Positions 28,301 through 32,000 of a stretch of DNA of 32,000 bases are shown here, one piece after another. The stretch comes from Promethearchaeum syntrophicum (lineage in GTDB: Archaea; Asgardarchaeota; Lokiarchaeia; Sigyniarchaeales; Promethearchaeaceae): NCBI RefSeq assembly GCF_008000775.2, contig NZ_CP042905.2, forward strand, positions 2,910,001 through 2,942,000. Reading direction: 5' to 3'. The position numbers were made by a program, and so were the translations under genes. The notes beneath the pieces are model-generated. The model was not told the DNA's origin, did no database searches, and worked only from the letters and a program-made list of their open reading frames with translations. Each line of letters starts with the position of its first letter. Positions within the stretch are counted from its first letter, which is position 1.

Positions 28301-29488
28301 ATTGTAATCTGTAATATCATCATCAATGGTTATCTCAATTTTATTTTCAGATGCAAGATCTAAACCCAAATCTGTGAAGGAAACAAGAGTGAATGTACCT
28401 TGACCTAATACAGGAGTACTTTGACTATCATGCCAAATATCATTTACATACAGATCTACTATTCGACTATCTGAAGAAGTTCCTGAATTTAAGACCGAAG
28501 TAGACACATTTTGACTCCCTGATAAATCTACATCTAAATTATAGATAGCAAAATCATTAATGAATTGATTTTTTATATCGGATGTTTTAGTCCTTAAATC
28601 GGTTGCATTATCCCCGAATCCATAAATAATCGGCACAGTAAAATAATCTTCTGGATAAAGATCGGATTCATAATACTTTGTTACCATACCACAATTCTGA
28701 TTGAGAGCTGAATCAACATTTCCAAGAGAGCCACTAATATGAGTTTCAAGATCAGTCGGATCACCCACTTCATATTCTACAGGGGTGACAGGTGAATTCC
28801 ACCCGATTGCTCGTTTAGAAATTGCATCTTCTTGCCAAATGAGATTATCCACAGGATCAAAGTAGGCATTATCGTTATCAATAGTTTCATCAATATCCAA
28901 ATCACTTAATGACCAAAATTCAATATTGTATGCCCAATCATCAACATGAAAGGTAAAACTCATGACGAAAAAATTTTCATCCGGATAAACAGCATATACA
29001 ATTCTAATATTTACAGTTACGCTAGGAAATGAGAGTTCCACGACCGTAGATCCGATCTGAGCACCATTTGGGTTTTCTGCGTCTGATAATAGACGTAAAG
29101 GTTCTTCTGCAACTACTATTGCATCGCTCAAAGGTTTGGGATTTTTATCATAAGCTGCCACCCAAAACATAGAATAAAAATTATGATGGAACCCCTCGAA
29201 GTATAAATTACTTTCAGCATTTGATAAAAAGCCCTTTTCATCAATTTTCAATTCATAGTTTCCGTTATTTAGAGTTAGGGCTGTGGCTGAAGTCTGAGGA
29301 AATGTGGAATCATTATCTAAAAAACCGTCCCCAAGATTTTCGGTATTAGATTGAGATAAGTTAATCAAATTTTTGTTTGTATATAATATATTTGCGCATA
29401 AAATGAGCGATATTAGCATAATACCCAAGAATTTGGCCTTAAAATCCTCACGTTTAGTATTTTGTTTATAATCGAGCATGAAAAGCAC
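25340..29488 (-). CDS. Giant surface protein with Cna-B/carboxypeptidase-regulatory-like and Ig-like repeats, C-terminal TM and about 140 aa cytoplasmic domain
   Basis: 1382 aa; N-terminal hydrophobic segment (FLGIMLISLILCANILY); repeats with SDSNGN/TDSYGN/SDENGN turns; IPFWIIIGVAFLITITGLSSYIVI TM; cytoplasmic tail starting ARIPKFVKDLNHLKLVITRGRKYK. Confidence 0.8.
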   Translation of the reverse strand: MLFMLDYKQNTKREDFKAKFLGIMLISLILCANILYTNKNLINLSQSNTENLGDGFLDNDSTFPQTSATALTLNNGNYELKIDEKGFLSNAESNLYFEGFHHNFYSMFWVAAYDKNPKPLSDAIVVAEEPLRLLSDAENPNGAQIGSTVVELSFPSVTVNIRIVYAVYPDENFFVMSFTFHVDDWAYNIEFWSLSDLDIDETIDNDNAYFDPVDNLIWQEDAISKRAIGWNSPVTPVEYEVGDPTDLETHISGSLGNVDSALNQNCGMVTKYYESDLYPEDYFTVPIIYGFGDNATDLRTKTSDIKNQFINDFAIYNLDVDLSGSQNVSTSVLNSGTSSDSRIVDLYVNDIWHDSQSTPVLGQGTFTLVSFTDLGLDLASENKIEITIDDDITDYNRNDVVLLDVIYISVLKVNIIDSELKDVPDVNITLVNSTNHQKYASKLTDSNGNCSFGNLPDGDYTAILRAPWLENRFIRNYSISYPSDGDFIVISTNLTEFNIQVKDITGNVLPNSNISIFDATGQDQIYNSLTDSYGNISIYYIQQNYDINITYNNYGNTTNLAYLDDFVLLATTYHIETVDMFKIHLNIKNPSEDPVDGAIVELYNWTSPSDNGDYIGFELSDENGNVTINWLSSINYSIRIIFFSEETVINDLFSAFNFTAAPYSSYLYENLTISLAGEQVENFETELTLFNSLPLTYDWGDNIDLSFMYNITYGPGGSSGPTWANETLITVEDIERNIIFQGEADKIPGELGNHSFVINTTSGYFDSGNPIVYSISIEAVLYGYGDPEAINEIFNIYNISTTLNISKNVDSLIYNENFTVYATYRDLNNDSPIHYGELWIEWGDFTSYLPMTYLSDGLYAIEINSTIASPGYHSVSVLAQKDHYNERTRNFNIEIYSVPTRVNGSDLFYSEHELIVTQKDVTVEYEFWDNYQHVPISNIAPSFYLSHEESDLIVTGVLEHQSDGIYRYDPITSELPIGNYTSIITFEKIYYTTSTAIAKFEIYAIPTSLNDSTIFRNTIDIYRFDEFSLNLNLVNNFEENIENANTTYTIQSVDANYSDFGLLNNLGMGNYQFKPGTEILPIGSYSISIVFEKVNHSTSLTTFTLDIHLIPISTDIIFMNENQEYYNSSDIDIEQKNDLILNITTRNHKHEQISGGTFTYRIIKDNVEIESETIELEDGNFQLMLSSFDEIGLYVIEINIVKEEYIHTTEKIYVQVNYQEFLDIPIPFWIIIGVAFLITITGLSSYIVIKNARIPKFVKDLNHLKLVITRGRKYKLDNLRIDEIISEEYGSRWISIDLESPFKPVREDIKQFIDLYQQATNKALLVEEAKLMFEDLSIYSRDEINIKLKNMGISEQYLPRIVDLVLEYINQLSQDYKTGGDL

Positions 29489-29737
29489 CTTCTAATTGTA
29501 ATGAGCTACTTTCACCTATATATATTTATCTTATATTATATAATTTGATGGATGGTGGAGGATTATCCAGTGATGAGGTATAATAGATAGATTATCTTTT
29601 TGTAATGTTTCTAAACTATTTTTTTCGTGTTTCCAAACAAGGTTACATCAAAAACGATTAATAAAAACAATTATATAAATAAGTTTACACTTTCACGCAT
29701 CTATATATATAATCATATTTCTTCCTTCATCATAAAA

Positions 29738-30238
29738 TCAAGTATCTCCATCTTTATATGATGCTCCAGTGAGAGCCTTACGCATAATTCTGTAACCAAA
29801 AAACGTTTTAGGGAAAAAACCTTCTTGAGAATATTCAATAGAAACGTAATCTAGTAAAAAAATCAGATCAGCAATCGCACATATAATTAAAAATCCCGTA
29901 ATCAAACGTTTTAAATTAATGCTTTCTGGGGGAATACCCATAAAATAGGGAACAAATATTGCTAGCACCATTCCAGCGATAACGAAAATATAGCTTAAAT
30001 AACGATACCACGCCTTTTTATATATGAATAGAAAGACGGTTAAAATAAATATCCCTATGATCAAACTTAACGAAAAAAATTGCCAGAAAGTAGTTAAGGG
30101 ATAAAAAATGAAGAACGTGATTATAATACCTAAGTTAATTATTTCAAATATTACAATTGAAAGGTGTCTTTTTTTCCAATTCGGGTTCGAGAAATCAAAA
30201 TAATTTTGAATATCAGATTGGTTCGGTTTGGTTGTCAT
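29738..30238 (-). CDS. Small multi-pass membrane protein, tandem paralogue 1
   Basis: NYFDFSNPNWKKRHLSIVIFEIINLGIIITFF..., about four hydrophobic segments. Confidence 0.7.
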   Translation of the reverse strand: MTTKPNQSDIQNYFDFSNPNWKKRHLSIVIFEIINLGIIITFFIFYPLTTFWQFFSLSLIIGIFILTVFLFIYKKAWYRYLSYIFVIAGMVLAIFVPYFMGIPPESINLKRLITGFLIICAIADLIFLLDYVSIEYSQEGFFPKTFFGYRIMRKALTGASYKDGDT

Positions 30239-30261
30239 TTTCTTTCAAAAATCTTCTCTTA

Positions 30262-30741
30262 TTACAGATTTCTTTTTACGCTAATAAAAGTTCCATACTC
30301 TTTTAAATTTCTAGGTTTAGCCTTACGCTGAGAATATTCTATAGAAACGTAATTTAATAAAAAAACGAGATCAAAAATTGCACTTATAATTAACAATCCC
30401 AGAAGTAAACGTTCAAAAATAATTCCTTCTGGGGGAAAATCCATTAAAAATGTAACTAATATTGCACACACCATTCCAAAGATAACAAAAATATAGTTTA
30501 AATAATGATACCAAGCCCGTTTATATATAAAAAGAATGATGGTTATAATAAATATCCCAAAAAATGCACTCACGGTTGTAATTTTCCAGATATTGGTTAA
30601 AGGATTTAGTACAAGAAAAGCGATTATTATTGCTAAGTTAAATACGTCAACTATTAAAAATAAGATATGTCGTTTTTTCCAATTGGGATTTGAGAAATCA
30701 AAATAATGCTCAATATGAGATTGGTAAGGTTTGATTGCCAT
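30262..30741 (-). CDS. Small multi-pass membrane protein, tandem paralogue 2
   Basis: HYFDFSNPNWKKRHILFLIVDVFNLAIIIAFLVLNPLTNIWK..., co-linear with the neighbouring ORF. Confidence 0.7.
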   Translation of the reverse strand: MAIKPYQSHIEHYFDFSNPNWKKRHILFLIVDVFNLAIIIAFLVLNPLTNIWKITTVSAFFGIFIITIILFIYKRAWYHYLNYIFVIFGMVCAILVTFLMDFPPEGIIFERLLLGLLIISAIFDLVFLLNYVSIEYSQRKAKPRNLKEYGTFISVKRNL

Positions 30742-30861
30742 TTTCTTTGTGAGTTTAACTTAAATTCCTCAATGTAACAATAAAAAAACAATTATATAAA
30801 GATATCTACAATATCTTAAATCGAATTTCAAAAAAACGACTTTTTCATTTCCCAGAATAAC

Positions 30862-31920
30862 CTACAGCCAATTTAGCACATCTTCTGCAAATCCTAGAAA
30901 ATCTTTAATTTCAAGCTGGGTTCCATCATCCAAAACGACATGTCCTGTGAAATACCCAAAAACTTGATGTTGGATTGATTTAAGAATTAGAAAGTTCGTA
31001 TTCCCTTGTCTATCTATAATCGGCTTAAAATCCATTTCAAACCGACCATCATTGCTTGAAAACTTCCAAGGTTTCATGAAATCCGTGGAATCTACATGAA
31101 AAGTAACTTCATCCAATTTATGAGCTTTTCCCTTATAGAATAACATATTTTCAGAAGCAGGTGAGCGATCACTAAATCCATATCCGATATTCCACCCTAT
31201 GGATTCTCCATTGAGATATCCAGAAGCAGACCCCCAATACCACTGATTTTTATAAGTCCAGCGCCCTCTTCCCCAATCTAATACGGCCATACTAGTATCA
31301 GATGAGAAATTATATTCTGTTTCTCCAATAGTGATTAATCCTTCTGTCGGCATGCAATTGACCTTTTGATTATAATAGAATGCTTTTCGGTTTTCTTTCC
31401 AAGAAGTAGCGATAACCATTGTATCCATAGTTGGATCTTGATGAATTGTGAGCGTGCCTTTTAATCCAGTTTCCCCTTTACAATTTTTAAATTTAGGACA
31501 ATCAACAGTGATAACACGTTTAGGACCATCATATTCAAATTTCAATGCAATTTTTTTATCTTTGAATTCAATTATTCCATCTCCAGAATCTGAGGGAAAT
31601 CCTGTTTTTCCCCGAGGTAATATGGACATTGTGTCAAATTGTGTATAAGTTTTAGTCTCAAAATCTAACCAAGCAACTGCCACCAATCCCAAATACCCAA
31701 GATCGCTGATAGTAAATGTGATCCCATATTTTTTTGAAGAATCCAAGATGGCAAAATAATCCCATTCCTTGATCCGGTGCCAACCAGCTTTAATTTTACT
31801 CCTATCATAATGCCACAATAACTTGGTGGCATATCCCGATTCAACTAAATGTCCTTTATCATCTAATAATTCAATTGGTGTTGTAATTTTGTTTTGAATT
31901 CCCATAGGATAAATCATCAA
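30862..31920 (-). CDS. DUF2804 family protein
   Basis: AVLDWGRGRWTYKNQWYWGSASGYLNGESIGWNIGYGFSDRSPASENMLFYKGKAHKLDEVTF resembles the DUF2804 signature region. Confidence 0.75.
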   Translation of the reverse strand: MMIYPMGIQNKITTPIELLDDKGHLVESGYATKLLWHYDRSKIKAGWHRIKEWDYFAILDSSKKYGITFTISDLGYLGLVAVAWLDFETKTYTQFDTMSILPRGKTGFPSDSGDGIIEFKDKKIALKFEYDGPKRVITVDCPKFKNCKGETGLKGTLTIHQDPTMDTMVIATSWKENRKAFYYNQKVNCMPTEGLITIGETEYNFSSDTSMAVLDWGRGRWTYKNQWYWGSASGYLNGESIGWNIGYGFSDRSPASENMLFYKGKAHKLDEVTFHVDSTDFMKPWKFSSNDGRFEMDFKPIIDRQGNTNFLILKSIQHQVFGYFTGHVVLDDGTQLEIKDFLGFAEDVLNWL

Positions 31921-32000
31921 TTCGCCAAATTTAAGTGTTTTTTTTTAATTCTATAAAATTAAGAAAACGTGGAGTCTCTCACGAAGAGAATGGAAAAGTT

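Overview
AT-rich, gene-dense archaeal window. An archaeal histone, longin-like domains and a bona fide actin-superfamily protein fit an Asgard archaeon (inference; no database was searched). Two minus-strand four-gene clusters stand out. Locus A (2561-11535) encodes two paralogous extracellular/transmembrane proteins with matching cytoplasmic tails, a Zn-finger/winged-helix/coiled-coil/TrmB-like protein, and a longin-like/winged-helix adapter. Locus B (22269-29488) encodes a giant Ig/Cna-B-like surface protein, a paralogue of the same adapter, a longin protein with an apparently degenerate Ras/Arf-like domain, and a divergent actin-like protein. The loci are linked by the adapter paralogy and by a shared juxtamembrane motif. 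I propose them as two versions of an undescribed surface-receptor to cytosolic-adapter (to actin-like) system. Other features: a partial TPR protein not in the ORF track, a DUF362/ferredoxin protein, an orphan m4C-type methyltransferase with a C-terminal-half duplicate 3.7 kb away, a noncoding repeat array, an LRR protein, a histidine phosphatase, a PlsC-like acyltransferase, a decayed CPBP protease, a PadR/HAAS pair with a perfect inverted repeat upstream, tandem small membrane proteins and a DUF2804 protein.
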